DNA of 64,000 bases from positions 27,155,504 to 27,219,503 of the forward strand of contig OZ037765.1 of NCBI GenBank assembly GCA_964035545.1, written 5' to 3'. This document shows positions 25,214 to 39,826 of the stretch, one piece after another (the stretch's first letter is position 1; every line of letters starts with the position of its first letter). The translations under genes were made by a program, and so were the position numbers. The notes below the pieces were generated by a model, which saw only the letters and a list, made by a program, of their open reading frames with translations, ran no database searches and had not been told where the DNA came from. The stretch comes from Bugula neritina (taxonomy: Eukaryota; Animalia; Bryozoa).

Positions 25214-28200
25214 CTATGCTACAATTTCAGAGCCTCTAGCGCTAGAAGGACCCTCCTCCATGATGCGAGTTCCCAGAGAGAAAGAGACTTTACGGAGAAG
25301 CGGTTGAAGGTGAGGAAACTCCTCCTGCAGACGTTCCACAATGTTACTCAACGACTGCATCTTATCTATCTGTAAAACACAAACAGTTGGCATTAATTAG
25401 ACTCGGTCAGTATGATTTAAAAAAATTCATGTGAGTTTATAGTTGATATCCCCGTAAAAACAGCTGATAAAAAGGACTTCTGTCTAATGTGGCAGAGGAG
25501 CAATTATGACTGGGTGCGCTTCCTAGAATCACTGGCAGTGTTTGGACTCAAATCCCTGACCTCGTGTTTACTGGGCCAGCCCTTTAACCTCTACACCACG
25601 GCTGCTCCTAGTCAGTATATACTTAAGGACAATTCTATAATTGTGATGTAATTATTCTATAATTATGATGTAATTAAAAACTGGTCATAACAACAAATAT
25701 ATTCCAAATAAAATTGCTTTATCATGAGTGCCATTTTTACCAAATATCATTCATGATAACAATGCTTTACAAGTAAACATACTTTGGCTTTTTAGATTGA
25801 TGTTACCAAACTGAAAAAAGGTCTAAGAATTTGGTCATGTAAATTACAAATTAGTTTATTAACAGCCTCTAGGAAAAACTGACACTGGGTAGCGGCTATA
25901 ATGCAGTTGCAGAAAAACAGTTGGCATGGCATTTCAAATTGATGGTCCCACTTGTCAGTTGACCTATTTGTTACATGCTACACCTACTCTAAAATAGAGT
26001 GCTGAGCTCTACTCACTATTGACTAAACATTAAATATACAAGTTGGTATAGCAAAATAGAGCTCAATTGAAACATTTTACACCATTTTTAGAAAATATAT
26101 TATTTATGGCTATACACTGAGATTATATGTTTAATTCATGTTTTCTTTTTTGAGGTTAGTGTATTAGAGTTCAAATGAATTTAATCAAATTTAAAAAAGC
26201 AATTAAAGCGCATACAACAAAAAATATAATTTATTCATTGATGCTGAAAACCATATTCATACTTGTAAAGTTAACAACATCCTATCTCTACCTCGTCTAC
26301 TACGTATTGAATACGCAACATACGCAAGGTTATGACGCGCATGTTAAAATCAATAATAAGTCTATCTTACAACCAATTGTTACCGTTTCAAAAAGAAAGC
26401 ATCATAAAGCCCGTGTAATTAATAATTTAATCTAAATATAAATTCAACTCTATGTCAGGTCAATTACTACATGCTTCATGCAATAAGGATGCCTTATTTT
26501 CAGCATAACAACTAACATTCTTAATACTCCATGGATATGTCTTTTATCCTTTCTAGAAACATTGACTTCTTCAAACTGAACATATACATATATATCACAT
26601 GATTCACCATTGAGATCTACTCAAACAATGCACATAGCTGTTGAATCCCCCCAGGAATACAACTGTGGTGATCTAGCAGAAAACTAGCCAACCACTCGGC
26701 AATGCACACCGACCTGTTTCTCTTTCTCCGGCTCGAGCAAATCATCATCTTTCACCAGACGCTTGTATTTCCTGTCTTTTATCTGCATGTAGTATTTAGT
26801 CTTCTGTTGCTTAGCAACCAAGTCTGCCATATTCTAAAAGCAAATTAAAACCATGGAATCAATGAATTCTGATTAGCAGTGGGGAGTATTCTTATATTGA
26901 AAAAATAAATAAATTATTTAGTAGATTCAATTGAATATTTTCCATAGCTCAGGGATTACACTGGAGAATAGAACTGGTAGTTTGTATGTAACCGAGTGCA
27001 CTTCAATGAAACATGCCCTAGCCAAACTCAAATGTCTTATTAATAAACATAATAGACATCAGTATGAGTTGAATTCTTGTTAGTTTAATGTTCTATATAT
27101 ATATATATCTAAATGAGAGCTATTTGATGAGCATAACAGCGAAAACACCTATCTCTGTCATTTAAGTTAACACAATGAAAGCAATTTTAAAATATTTATT
27201 AGCAATGTTGATTTAAATACAGCAGTGCTTGAACTTATAAACATGTATACATAAGTTTTATAACTAAACTCGCACTAACATCTCGTTTTCATTAATTTGT
27301 AAAACGTGAGTTTGAAAAAGATGGCTGCACCGAGCGCAGACCCTGGTAACGCTGCCTCCTACCCTTTGCTTCATTTCTAGCTGCCTCTCAATGTCACCGT
27401 CAAGGGAGTCAGCATTGCTCTCCAGTTCCCGGCATCGTATCTGTTTCGTCTCCAACATCTGGCCAAGTTGTTTCTGGTCATTCCGGAGTCCTTGCAGCTC
27501 ATCGTCACATGACTGTGCATCCTGGAAACAAGATATGAGAGACATTTCCAAACCGTCTGTGTTGTTAGTGAAAGGAAGAACTTATAAATTATAACATATT
27601 TTGAGGAATCAGTTTTTATGTAGTTTTACGTACAGTTTTTAATTCTACTGCATTTATAACTCGTTATTACAGCTAATTATTGCTGCTACTAATTACTGTT
27701 CTATTTTCTCAACTCAAAATAGAAACAGTATGCTTACTCCATGAATATTTTTATTTGAGATTTTTAGTTGAACACTTGACTAACTATTAGTGAAATAACA
27801 TTTGGGTTTAATATTTTGACATTGCATTAGGCAATTCTTTTCTCATCTCCAAGAACTTTAAACTAGATGTTGTTCTTTACGTGTTAACAGCTAAAAATAG
27901 TCTCCAAAAAATACTAACAATTAAAAAACTAAAATGCTGTTGCAGCCTCAATGAATATATGAATACCAATAGCTGGCACCATTCTATACATATGATATTA
28001 GTTTAGCAGGTTAAGGACGATGCCAATAGATGCTTTGCTAAAAACTTTAGTATTTTCTAAAGTCTTCAACCCTGTGAGAACGCCTGATGGTAAGGGTTTT
28101 TAAGGGGGCCAAGCACCATGCCCCTCACCATGCTGGTAAAATAGCTTGAAGGTCTTTGCTAAGACAAAAGATCAACTATAATTGGATACTCTCCCTGACA

Positions 28201-31200
28201 TCACACAAACTCATGCCATACAAGGTCAGCTGCTCTAACCACTAGACCATGGCTGCTCCATTAGATGCATTGCTACGCCTAGCTCTTGATTGTATGAAGT
28301 ATAATGTATAAGTAATACAGGTAATAAATACCTGGATGGTGGCTTTAATTTTCTTCTTAAGTTCAGCCTGTTGTCTCTGGAATGTTCCTTTGGTTACAGT
28401 CTTGTCTTTGCTTTTAGACCTCGCAGCTATCTTAGCTTGAGCATCACCTCTGGTTACGATTGTGTCTCGCCTAAGATGAGAAAAATCAGCAAATATGTAC
28501 ACTGAAGAAAAAACATGAAATGTGAGTAGATTTACATCACACGCTAAAATTAAAATCTATTTCCAACTAATTTCTATGAAACCAAATTTATATTTACAAA
28601 CATAATTTTCATAGCATTCATTCAAGAATAAACACAAAATATACAGCAATTTTATGTAAAAAGAACTTGATTACAAAAAATATATCTTAAAAACCTCCTA
28701 TAATTATAATTTTAATTTTACATTACATCTACTGTTACATAATAGTGACAAGATCCCATCATTACATCTACTATTACATAATAGTGTCAAGATCCCTAAT
28801 CATTACCTTGAAACTGCTTTCTCCATATCCTGAATCATCTTCTCTTGCTGCCGCATAAGCTGGGCATACCGAACCTCCATTCTGTGTATCTCAGACTTCA
28901 TGGCACTAATTTCTCCTTGACCTACTTCCGAGTCGACAGCTGCTCGAGTTTCCCGAGCTAGTTGTGTCTTCTTTTCCCAAAGCATAATTTGGCGTCTATA
29001 ATTAAACAGGCAGTTGCATTAAATTAAAGAGTAAACAAACCTTAGAAAGATTCTCAATAACCATAAATTATTTCTATGCAATCCAAGTTTATATTTACAA
29101 GCTGATGAATAACATTTGAATATTAGCAATGAAATGGACATGCCCACTAAACATTATTCATGAATTATGGTCTTGTAATTTAAAAAGAAATATTACATAA
29201 TGAATCTGTACAAAATTGATTTTAATAAGCATCTTATATTCTAAAATAGAAAATTAGTTTCACAAATCAATTATAAAACTGTCTCATTGATTTGCTAGCT
29301 ATTTTATAATACAATTCATACTCAGATTCTACAAGGCTGTTAAGGAGCCTCTCCTTCTCTTCTTTCAGCGAGTCAAGTTTTGCCTGCATTTGAATGCTAT
29401 TGAGTTCAGCATCCTTGAGTTTTCCCAAGAACTCATTTTCAGTGAGGATGTTGTCCTTCTCAAGACTCTCGTATGCACCGTTTTCCTCAAACAGCATTTG
29501 GTTGAGTTTCAGCATGTCATTCCTCAAGTTACGGATATTCTTCTCTATGGCAGCAGTCTCAGAGTTCTCTTTGTCGATGGCATCTAAAGGCAGCGTCAGC
29601 AAGCAACCTCTGTTAGTTGTATGTCTATGTGATGACTTTACAATTCAATTTTCAACCATTGCAATGTCAACATAACCAGGTTTCATTTACTATATTTTCA
29701 ACATCTGCTATGGAAACTTAAGCAGTTTTTATATTAATTCACACTTTTCTGTCAAACTTGCTATAACAGCACAATGTGACAGATATCGGTTTTAGTCCTA
29801 ACTAACTATAGCACACATACTTTCAATTCGAATTTTCTTCTGAGACAGAATGCTGATCTTCTTCTTGAGTAAGTTGACGTCATCACGACTTGTATCATTC
29901 TCCTTAGAGAGCCTCACTAGTTCTCCCTGTTCCCTGAGCCAGATGAGTTGTAGCTGGGCAATATCCTGCTGCGTACTTTCTATTGACTTAGAGAGGGAGT
30001 TGATGGTAATCTCCAATGGGCCAAGCTCTACACCCTGCGCAAATTGACTCTGGGTTTTCAAATAGCATATTTCATGTTTACAATTAGAAAGTCAATTTTT
30101 ATACACATACAATATATATAAACTAAAGACTATAAACATGTTATGGAATAGAAGATATTGTCTAAATTGGTCTATAAACTAAGTTTTATTTCAACTAAAA
30201 TATTTTCAATTATGAATAGACCAGGTTTTATTACTAATGTAATAAATTGGCTACCATGTTTAAAAAGCAATTAACAAAATTTATGAGGTTCTCCCTAGAA
30301 GAGACTGTGCGTTGGGTAGAATATGTTTGTATGACAGTTATACTGCACATTTTACGTTGTAGATTTGTTATCAGGTACAAAATACATACGCAATATATTC
30401 AATATGAAATAAGGAAAGTAATCAATGTTTAGCTACAATAATTACGTAATTATAATTCTAACATAAAGTTACTCAGCGCAGTTAAGCTGCTTTAAGGTTG
30501 TAGGAGGTTATTATTATTATTCATAATTATTAACTACAAGCCATAATGCTTTCTGCTCTACGTTAAACTAGGCAGGATGGTATTTACATGGCACACTCAG
30601 ATGTACTCTATCAGTTGGTTTGTTTTTCTAAACTTGGATAAATCAGAGATATGCTTTGTTATATGTGATGACAAGTAGTTGCTGAAGTTGATGTTCACTA
30701 GAGACAGAGTTGTCCTCCCACCTTTCTAGGAAGAGCCCTGATTTAGACTCGTATTTTCAATGATGTTTGCCAATAAAAAAACCCCCGCAAATTTATCTAA
30801 ATAAGTACAGATATGTTAACCAGCTTCTACCAAACCTTGAAGCTTTCAGAAAATGCTCTATCCAGCTTTTAAACATAGGTTTTTCCCAAACATACCAATA
30901 TTTGTTACTCAATATAGACTGAACAGTATAGCCATATAGTATGGTATATAATATAGCAGCCATGGTACCCATCAGTGTGCTCAGCTAAAGCAGCCTTTTT
31001 CAAAGTACCGTGGCTAGAAACTTGGCTATGGCATAATGTTTCAATAGCATTGAGTAATAACCCTCTAATAGCTGGTAACTGTTAATATACTATTAATGGT
31101 TCATTTTATTTCAGCTGTATTACCATAACTAAGCATAATGCTGATTAGTAGATTGCAATCACCAGCTTCCCATATATCTATCTCAGTTTAACTGAGAACA

Positions 31201-34200
31201 AGTCAAAGGTCGATACTGCTAGCTCCAAGTCAGTTCATTGGCTCAGTTCCAACTTACTTCTATTTCAGACAAATCAATTCATTAGAATCATTGAACTGAA
31301 TTAAACTGAATTTAGCTCATACACCAAGAAAGCAGAAAAATTAAGCTAGCTGTCAATAAAAACTTGCATTGTATTAAGTGACAAAATAACATGTTACTAC
31401 TTACAGGTGAAAATAATTTCTAGTGGTGCTATCAGTATCTGCATTATAACACAACTCCAAAAAAATTCAACTTTGTAACTTACTCCTTTACTAATTAGAA
31501 ATTATTTTATTTAAATGCTTTAAAAAGACATCCATAGCTAGATTAAAATAAAGTATCACAAGTGAACAGCAAGATTTCAGTTATCAGTTTTAATAGAAGA
31601 TGTCTGCATTTATCAAGTGAGTGAGCGTGCAGGCAGTAGTTAGTAAGTAAAATAGAATCAGCCAATAACAAGCTGGGTAACTTATTTAATGAATAAGCTG
31701 GATTCTGTTTTTAATAAAACTAGTTTTCTTTGGTAAATATCAGAAAATTTAGTAAATTTTGGTAAATTACAAAAAGCATTATTCTCAACACAAACACACA
31801 TGCATTCACACACCAAGTCAAACTATTTATGAAATTAAGGTGCAGACAACTCTAGGCTGTAGTTTTTAAAATGGACCCCTACTAGATACTAAAACACACA
31901 TGTAATGCCGGATAACATAGAATGTATAATACAGTGTAGTATTACACCTACCCCAGCCTGAGAGATCATCTGCTCTAGTCTCTTATTGAACTGATCAATG
32001 ATCTGCTGCTTCCTTTCAATAACGGCATTGCGTTTGACGCTCTCATTCTCACTCTTGTTGATGATGTCATTCTTCTGCCCGATCACTTTCTCTAGCTCAT
32101 CGAGACTCGCCTTCAAGTTGGTGATTCTTGCCATAGTAGTCACTGTGCTTAGAGAGTCTGTTGCTATCTCATTCTCTACTTGTGCAATCTGAGCTTCCTG
32201 AGAGATGTAAAAATATTTCATAGAAAGTTGCTCAATCAGAGATTTGCCTAAGTTGGCATTGTAATAATTTTTTAATGAACTTTTTTTCAAAATATTTTCA
32301 TATACCGCAGTTCAACCACAGTCTAACTACTACAAGTTTATTGAAATTTTTATAGCAAAACCAAGTAAATTTAGTCAAGCAACTAATAAGTAAGAGTTTT
32401 ATTTGTATGAAAATCAGCAATTTAATATGGAAGAAGAAATTTACTGTCAGATTATATCTACAGCTTGTAAAATTTTAAGTAAACAATCTAGAACATGTGG
32501 GAATAAATACTACATACCAGGTCTTTGGTTATCATACGACATTTTTTAGTTATTCTGTCTGTATATTGAGCGGCTTTATCAAATGCTAGCTGATTACGAA
32601 TAACTTCCATAATGTCATCTTCAAGTTTGCCCTTTTCCAGAAATTCTTTTTCAATCTGTTTTCTTAAGCTGTTTATTTCATTGCCACGTTGCAATTTTTC
32701 CTATTTGCAAAATAAACCACTTTTATGCATTACATTTGCTTACAATATGCTTTTGCAAAATTTTAATACTTACGTTCAAAGATTAATAAGCTCTTTGAGA
32801 TAGAAAGTTATAGTTTTAAAATAAGAGAAATTAATCGATAAACACTTTTATATGCAGTTAATTTTGATGAATTTAGAATACGAGTAAACAACTGTAGCAG
32901 AATCAGTTATTTGTTTATTGTTAATATTTGAAAACCTGAAATTTGTAAGAAATGAATGTTTAGCAGGCAAAACTTAGCTAATTACTAGAACTTTTAATTG
33001 GAGTTAAACATCAAGCATATTATTAGTAGCAAAGACATATTTTTTGTAACATACTACCGTATATTGTGAGCTGGAACTTCACGACGAGTTAACTAAGTTT
33101 ATTAACACTAAACAATCTAACTATTCCCACGATACTTCTTCATAACAGACGAGTTACATCTACGCACCATGCTTGCTCTATTTAGAGCTTCTTCCGTCTC
33201 ATGCAGCATCCTAGTGTACGTTGAATACTCAGTTTTCAGTGCCTCCATCTTTCTGCTGCAGATATCAAGTAACTTCTTGCTAGTCGCGATGTCCACCTCG
33301 CACTTGTTGAGAACTAAAGTCAGCTTCTCATTGTGTTCTTCTTCTTTGGCTATCTGCTTCTTGTACCCTTCTATTTCTGTCTCCAGTGACTTGATGCGCT
33401 GCCGCTGTTGACTAAAGTTATAGAAATTACAATTTTAAACTGATAAGCATAATCATTTGTATACAGATTAGAATACCAACAGAAATTCTTGAATAGTTAA
33501 TGGTATTAAGAAACTTTTTGTTTATGAGATAAATTTCTCACTCATTTGCATCTTGCATGGCAGCATGAGCCTCGTCTCGCCGCTTCATACCGATTAAACT
33601 GCTGTTCCACTGAGCGTAGAGCTGCTTCTTCTCTAATTGAATATTCTGGCAAATTAAAAAACCATAAATATAGTCAAATAATATATTATAAGTTTTTAGT
33701 TCGATGTCACATTTTCTAGTAAAAACTTTTACCTTTATGAATTTGAATAATTACACATCATTAAGAAACGTATTGATGATATTTAAACATGAAAACTATG
33801 CATTACTTCTATTTCCAAAGAAGCTTCGGCTAGTGCTTCTTTAGCTGCTTTAGTTTCTTCTAGCTGAGCCGTGATTTGAGCCTCTGTTATGGCAATATCC
33901 TCTCGAAGTTTCTCTACAGACTCTATGAGTCTGTCCACATACAAGTCCTGGAAATATTAGTTAAACTATATAAATACTCCGTAATTAACAGCAGTCAATA
34001 TATTTAATTACTCAACTCTGAGTACTATGTGTTTTGGTTGCACTTTAATGTACAAAAACAAATTTACATACTACTTGTGTACTATTCTTATATATATACA
34101 TACGCACACACTCGCATACTCGCAAGCACACACACGCTCGCACGCACACACACATGCACACATACAAGCTATAATATGTATATTCAGATATACATACACA

Positions 34201-37200
34201 TTCATGCTCACCACATTTCAAATTTTATATAAAAACATGCATATAGGCTCCATCTTACCTGCTTTTGCTTTTGAGCTTCTGCCTGATCAACTTCTACGTC
34301 TGCTCGTTCGGCTGCACGTTTCATCACCGCTATGTCTGATCTCACATCCTCCTTGGCATTATTAACATAAAATAGCCTTAGAGCCAAGTTCTCCACTTCT
34401 TGCTGGAGCTCCGCAGCTAGAAAACAAGCCATCAAATATTCAAATGCTATCTCAGCTCTATATATTGTACCTGAGAACTTTCTGGAATACACGGGAAAGC
34501 AAATCAAAGCTCACCTTTTTTCTTGTCATTGTTTTGCTGTATCTGTATGTTTTTATACTCATCTCTCACTCCAAGCAGGTTTTGCTCCTTTACAGCTCTG
34601 TGATAGTTCAGTTGATTGTATTTATCATGATTTTCCTCCAGCAACACTTGGTACCTGAAACAGTAACATTGACTGGTAACACTGGCAGACTTGTCTCGCA
34701 GGTAAAAGTAAAACCAAGTTTTTTCCAATGAAGAAGATAACATGCTGATATTGCAGTTTGAACTTCTTAGTACCAACTTGCAATAATATCATATACAATG
34801 TTTGTAACCTTATGTAGATGAAATAAAAGATGGTAGATAGGTGAACTAAATATTACTGCTTAATAGATAATTACAAAATTTAGCTAATTTTTATTAAATA
34901 ACGCCTTGAATAATGTATTTTAATTTTTCATTATTTGAAATTGAAAAGTTGCTTTCTAATTTCATAATGACATCTCATACGAAACTGAAATTGTAAAAAC
35001 TAGTGGGAATTAATAAACATGTTGACAATACCTAGCAAGTTCTTGTTGAATGCCATACAGTTCTACACCAAGATTCTCTCTTTCACTCATTTTTCTTTTG
35101 AGTGCTTCAGTTAGTTCGCTCATCTCTAGTTTCACTTTTTCATGCTGACTAGTTAGCTGTTTCCTTAAGGCATTCTGAAATCTTTTCATCAGAGGCTGCA
35201 ATGAAAGTAAACAGGTCAATAGTGGCTCAAAATTCTATAAGATTTTTGTCTCATTGAAATAAGTTACCAATTATTGTATAAAATATTAGAAAATATTTAC
35301 GTTTTATGTCATGCATATATTATGAAAAAATAAAGCCTTTGTATTCAACTTAATAACATAAACGATGATAGTATAGAGAAAAACTCTGCCTACATGTATT
35401 AGAACTACTGCAATGTCCACTTTAATTAGAACTATTGTATCATGTCTACTGCAATATCTACTGTAATGTCTACTGCAATGTCTACTGCAATGTCTACTGC
35501 AATGTATGCTGACTCACATGTTCAGGGTCAAGGACAACAAGATCTGCTTCCTCTTCATCACTTCCTTCTTCTTCAGCTACTTCCTCTTCACCTTCATGAC
35601 CGCCATCACTCTCATAATCCCCGTCATCACCTGGATCTCCATCTCCACCGTCATCTCCACCTGATGGTACTAAATCTCCTACATCTAAACAGAAAATTTC
35701 AGGAGTACCAAGTTTATAACATGTACATGAGGGAAGTACTTACTGAATAATAAAACAAAATGACCATGCATTATTTTTAGCAGTTATATAACTTTGACTT
35801 CTTAAAATTTTATCTAAGCAAAATTCTCTCTCTGACCAACTTTTAATTATGTTACACATTTTAGTGAAGAAAGTTGGTTTAGAAACTCACATGTCAAGGT
35901 GAAAGGTCATTTTAAGTTGAAATAGCTAATGCAACTAATTATACTTACTGAAAAAAGTGCTTTATTTTTTAAAAAGTAATTTTATAGGATGTAACTAATA
36001 CTGTACTAACCTCCTTGATCTATAGGAGCTTGAGTGGGAGGCGGGACAAAACCAGTATATGCAGTAGTAGGTGGAGCATTTTGTTCTTCTTCTGGTAAAC
36101 CATCATCTCTTTCAGAGTTTAATATAGCTCCATCAATTTCAGCCGCAGAAACTTCATCATTCCCTACAAAATATAGTGCAATTCGACTGAAAAACTGGCT
36201 AAAAGTGAGATATAATTCATTTTATAAAATTATCAAACTCACAACAAATTATTAATTTAACCTCATGATTTGAGTAATTTCATGACCAAAATGGCAAAGA
36301 TAAAACAACAAAACAGTTGCTAAAAAACTGGATAAAACTTGGAAGAATTTCCCGCAAAGGTTTTTGCAAAATACTTACAATAATAAAGTCATACAGCATC
36401 AACAGCTTCATTACACTACAGGAATTTGTTACCCATACATATGAAAGTAATTGTTAAATCAATACCTGTAGGTAGAACCAGAGAATTTTCAGCAATTCTT
36501 TCAGCTACTGATTTTTTTGAGCTAGCAGAGCCTTGACGGGAAGAATGGCGTGAAGATGGCTTCTCAGGTTTAGAACGAGCGGAGCCAGCTCGACTTGATC
36601 GGGCTGAGCTCGGCTTGGCAGAAACTGGTCGAGATCCTTTCGCTGAACCAGAAACAACTTCTGTGGTGTTAGCATCTGCTTCTGGTGAGACTTCTTCAGT
36701 ATTTACTGCAAGGAAATTATTATACATTAATGAGAAAAGCTATTAACAAAACTTTTGCTCTACTATTTTATGAAACATCAGTCTATAGTTTTGTTCAAGG
36801 AAGTCACAATAAAATCATAGAGTAAAAAGCCGGGTTGTATAAGTTTGGACAACATTGTGCAGTGAAAATATATGCAATAATACCATCCAATGTGTCTGGT
36901 AGAACAACATCGGTCACATCTTCATCGCCAGGTGGAGGCATATCTCCAGAATCAAACTGTAAAAAAAATAAGAAAAGATAAGAATAAAATAAAACAAAAT
37001 AAAATAACTACAGCTAGTAAAGATTTAAAACAAAAATACAGCATTACAGATGAGGTAGAGTACACTCACCTCTTGCAGTGCCCTGATTGTAACTTCTGAC
37101 ACTACATTAGCTACTGAGCCTTGAGATCCCCGAGAACTTGGTCTAAAAGACGTAAACAGTCCATCAACAACTAAATAATAGGTTTCTAACTAAGAGTAAA

Positions 37201-38282
37201 GCAGAAGAAAGCATACTTGAATAAACGTGATGTAAAATGAAATAAGATTTTAAAGCATTTGAAAAAAAACAAGAGAACAGAGTGAATAGAAAATATAAGT
37301 CTATGCCAATATCATAACACAAATGTGTTTACTTCTGCACTTCAATAAAAGAAATAAGAGTGCAACATGTGAATATTGCATGCATTTATAAAGCATAAAT
37401 ATATCAGAAACAGTTTACACAATGATGTAAATGCTGGCAGTATGGCTTTTCCATTGAAACATAATTGTGAACTAGAATTTTTCCTTTGACATTTAAATCT
37501 AAAAGCCCTGAATTTAAATGATTTTATTTAGAACTTTTAAACACACACTTGAACTCAAGAATGATTTCAATACAAGATTCATTGAATGAAAAAGCCATTA
37601 TTGCAATAAATAAAAATATACACCAAAAATTGTCAAACATAGTCATCATACCCTGATCTTGTTTTATAAGCACTAGATCTAGTGCTGTGAGTCTTTCCAG
37701 ACCCACCAACTTGGCTCATCCTTCAACCAGTTACATTATTTGTTTTAAATATTAAAAATAAATAAGAACAACTACTAGTAGTACTAATAGACTTGATTAT
37801 GTGCATAATGATAATCATTATGATTATCCTAATACCCAAACCTATGAAATAGGCATAGCATAGGAATGGTGTTAGATCTAGAATAAGAATAAAACAAAAT
37901 CAATCAAAATTTGATGTTAGTCTAAAAACTAAAACTGTCAAATGATCACCTTAAAGTTAGTAATTGACCAATAATCATAATGTAAAACTAAAAGTTTATA
38001 TGAATTGGAATAACTAATAACTATTACTATAAGTATAACTGAGTATAACTCAATAAGTCATTGTCAAGTATATTACTTATATTTATTAGCAAAACTAAAA
38101 GCTTTTGTTTAACTCAGACGCTTCAAATGATAGCATGAGCACTCAAACTAACAACAAACGATTCGTTAATTATTTGTTACATAAAATTTGATTTCACAAA
38201 ATAATAAACGATTTCTAGGCGACTTAAAAGAAATTGACAATGAGCAAGCACTTGCAACGAACCTGTTTTCTTGATCCGCCAT
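25214..38282 (-). CDS. CCDC40: Coiled-coil domain-containing protein 40 (axonemal 96-nm ruler component), about 20 exons
   Basis: First exon 38282-38263 (MADQENR), then 37142-37070, 36956-36884, 36705-36466, 36163-36011, 35684-35518 (VVLDPEH) and 35195-35032 ([10 protein letters not shown]...[17 protein letters not shown]). Later exons encode [75 protein letters not shown] and RRDTIVTRG. The last exon 25369-25214 ends SEIVA*. These motifs match CCDC40; the 5'-most exons are less certain. Confidence 0.92.
25436..25608 (-). mobile_element. tRNA-derived SINE, copy 2 (last CCDC40 intron)
   Basis: Reverse complement reads GGAGCAGCCGTGGTGTAGAGGTTAAAG...GTGATTCTAGGAAGCGCACCCAGTCATAATTGCTCCTCTGCCACAT, homologous to copy 1. 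Confidence 0.75.
28055..28259 (-). mobile_element. tRNA-derived SINE, copy 3 (CCDC40 intron)
   Basis: Reverse complement reads GGAGCAGCCATGGTCTAGTGGTTAGAGC...TGATGTCAGGGAGAGTATCCAATTATAGTTG...AAAAACCCTTACCATCAGGCGTTCTCACAG. The tail matches copy 1 (AAAACCCTTTCCATCAGGGATTTCTCACAG). Confidence 0.75.
28720..28806. repeat. About 40-bp tandem duplication abutting a CCDC40 splice donor
   Basis: CATTACATCTACT[G/A]TTACATAATAGTG[A/T]CAAGATCCC occurs twice, followed by CATTAC. Confidence 0.8.
35405..35508. repeat. 12-bp minisatellite (ATGTCTACTGCA)n in a CCDC40 intron
   Basis: About 5-6 tandem units; this is the source of the spurious MSTA-repeat ORF. Confidence 0.85.
37652..37720 (-). other. Candidate alternative first or cassette coding exon of CCDC40
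   Basis: ATG at 37719 opens [23 protein letters not shown] and ends at a GTATGA donor in phase 2, the phase the next exon (37142) requires. Confidence 0.5.
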
Positions 38283-38287
38283 TTTGT

Positions 38288-38300
38288 GTTGCTAAGCAAG
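38288..38300. promoter_or_regulatory. RFX X-box immediately upstream of the CCDC40 start codon
   Basis: GTTGCTAAGCAAG, a near-palindromic X-box, lies 5 bp from the ATG of a motile-cilia gene. Confidence 0.6.
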
Positions 38301-39826
38301 TTTCTATTGATCGGACCACGCTCATGTAGGGGAGATAATCCTATAAACAAGCAAATACTTACGTATAATGTGCGTATTTAAACATAATAATAATAATATT
38401 ATGTTTGAACTTGCAAAATAATTCAAGAAAAGCATAGAGTCATTATCGCTTGGTAGCTTCTTTATAAACAGCGCTTTATTTTGGATAAGTAACTGAAAAA
38501 ATACTTGAATCTGTTCATAAAGCAAACGCAAAAACACTTTTTTTAGAAAACAAGTAAATTTCTTACATTATGGCTGTCTCCAATCATTTTTTAGTTGTTA
38601 TTATAAGCAGTTGTACTCCCTTGTATAAAGTATAACCTATGCAAAAAATTTTTATAATTGATTAGTCAATAAGTTGATACTATATTTTGGCTTTTTTCTT
38701 TAGTATATGAACTATTCATTACATTTTACAGACACCTTTACTGCCTGCTGTATAGATGGGAATATGGTCTACTGCCTGTATAATATAATTGTGAATAAGT
38801 GAATATTTTAACAAATTTGCAATTTATGTTATGCTTGTGCATACACTTGTGTTATCAAAATAGTCCCAACACTTATTGGGAAATAATAATAATAAATAAC
38901 AATTATAAACTGTAGACATGTCACATGAACATACTATAAATAAAAGACTCATCACAACTAGCTGTGGCTTTATTACTGATATTAAGATAAAACAAAATCC
39001 GCTGTAATGACAACAAAATATTCATCTTGCACAACTTTGACACTTTCCTATTTGATTCATGCTTATCGGTTTAAAGTGTAAACTGCATGTGCTGATTTTG
39101 AAAACATTTATGAGTGTTAGGATGGAGAGCATTTTAAACTGCTAGAATTAGACATAATTTTTACGAACAGTATAGAAAATTTAGAAAAGCACATCACTTA
39201 TTGTCTTCTATCACATCATGCTTATTACTCTAAACTCTAGAGCATCGTTACATATACAACACAATAGTGTAGAGAGAAGCTGTTTTGTATGTTTTGCAAA
39301 TTGTATTGATTTAAATTGAAAAGGTTTTTAGAAGAGTTAATAGCCAACAATAAAAAAGTAAAGCAATGCTAGTTGTAAAATGAAAGCTGACCATTTACAA
39401 GATTCAAATATTTAGTACATAAAATAGTTCTAAATTTTTGTAAAATGTGAAAAATTGAATATGACACAGCAGTAAACGAAGTGAGTTTTTTCATGTAAAA
39501 GTAGATGTGCATGAGTTATTATTGAGTGCAAATTTGTTCAATTGAATGGCTCTGAAGTTAAAAATTATATCATAAAAAGATATAAAAACATAATAGTGAT
39601 AAATTATAATAAAAATAGACAACACACATATTTGGCAACTGTTCAGATACGAGTTTAATATAAAACAAAAACTCGATAAGGAGATTAAAAACATATCTTC
39701 AGAAAATTTAGTAAAACAGCAGTAATTAAACAACAGAATAACATATAATACAAGTTACTGCAGGAGTATTTATCAACTATTATGCTACAGATTGTTATTT
39801 TAGAGTACACGGAATACTATACTCTC

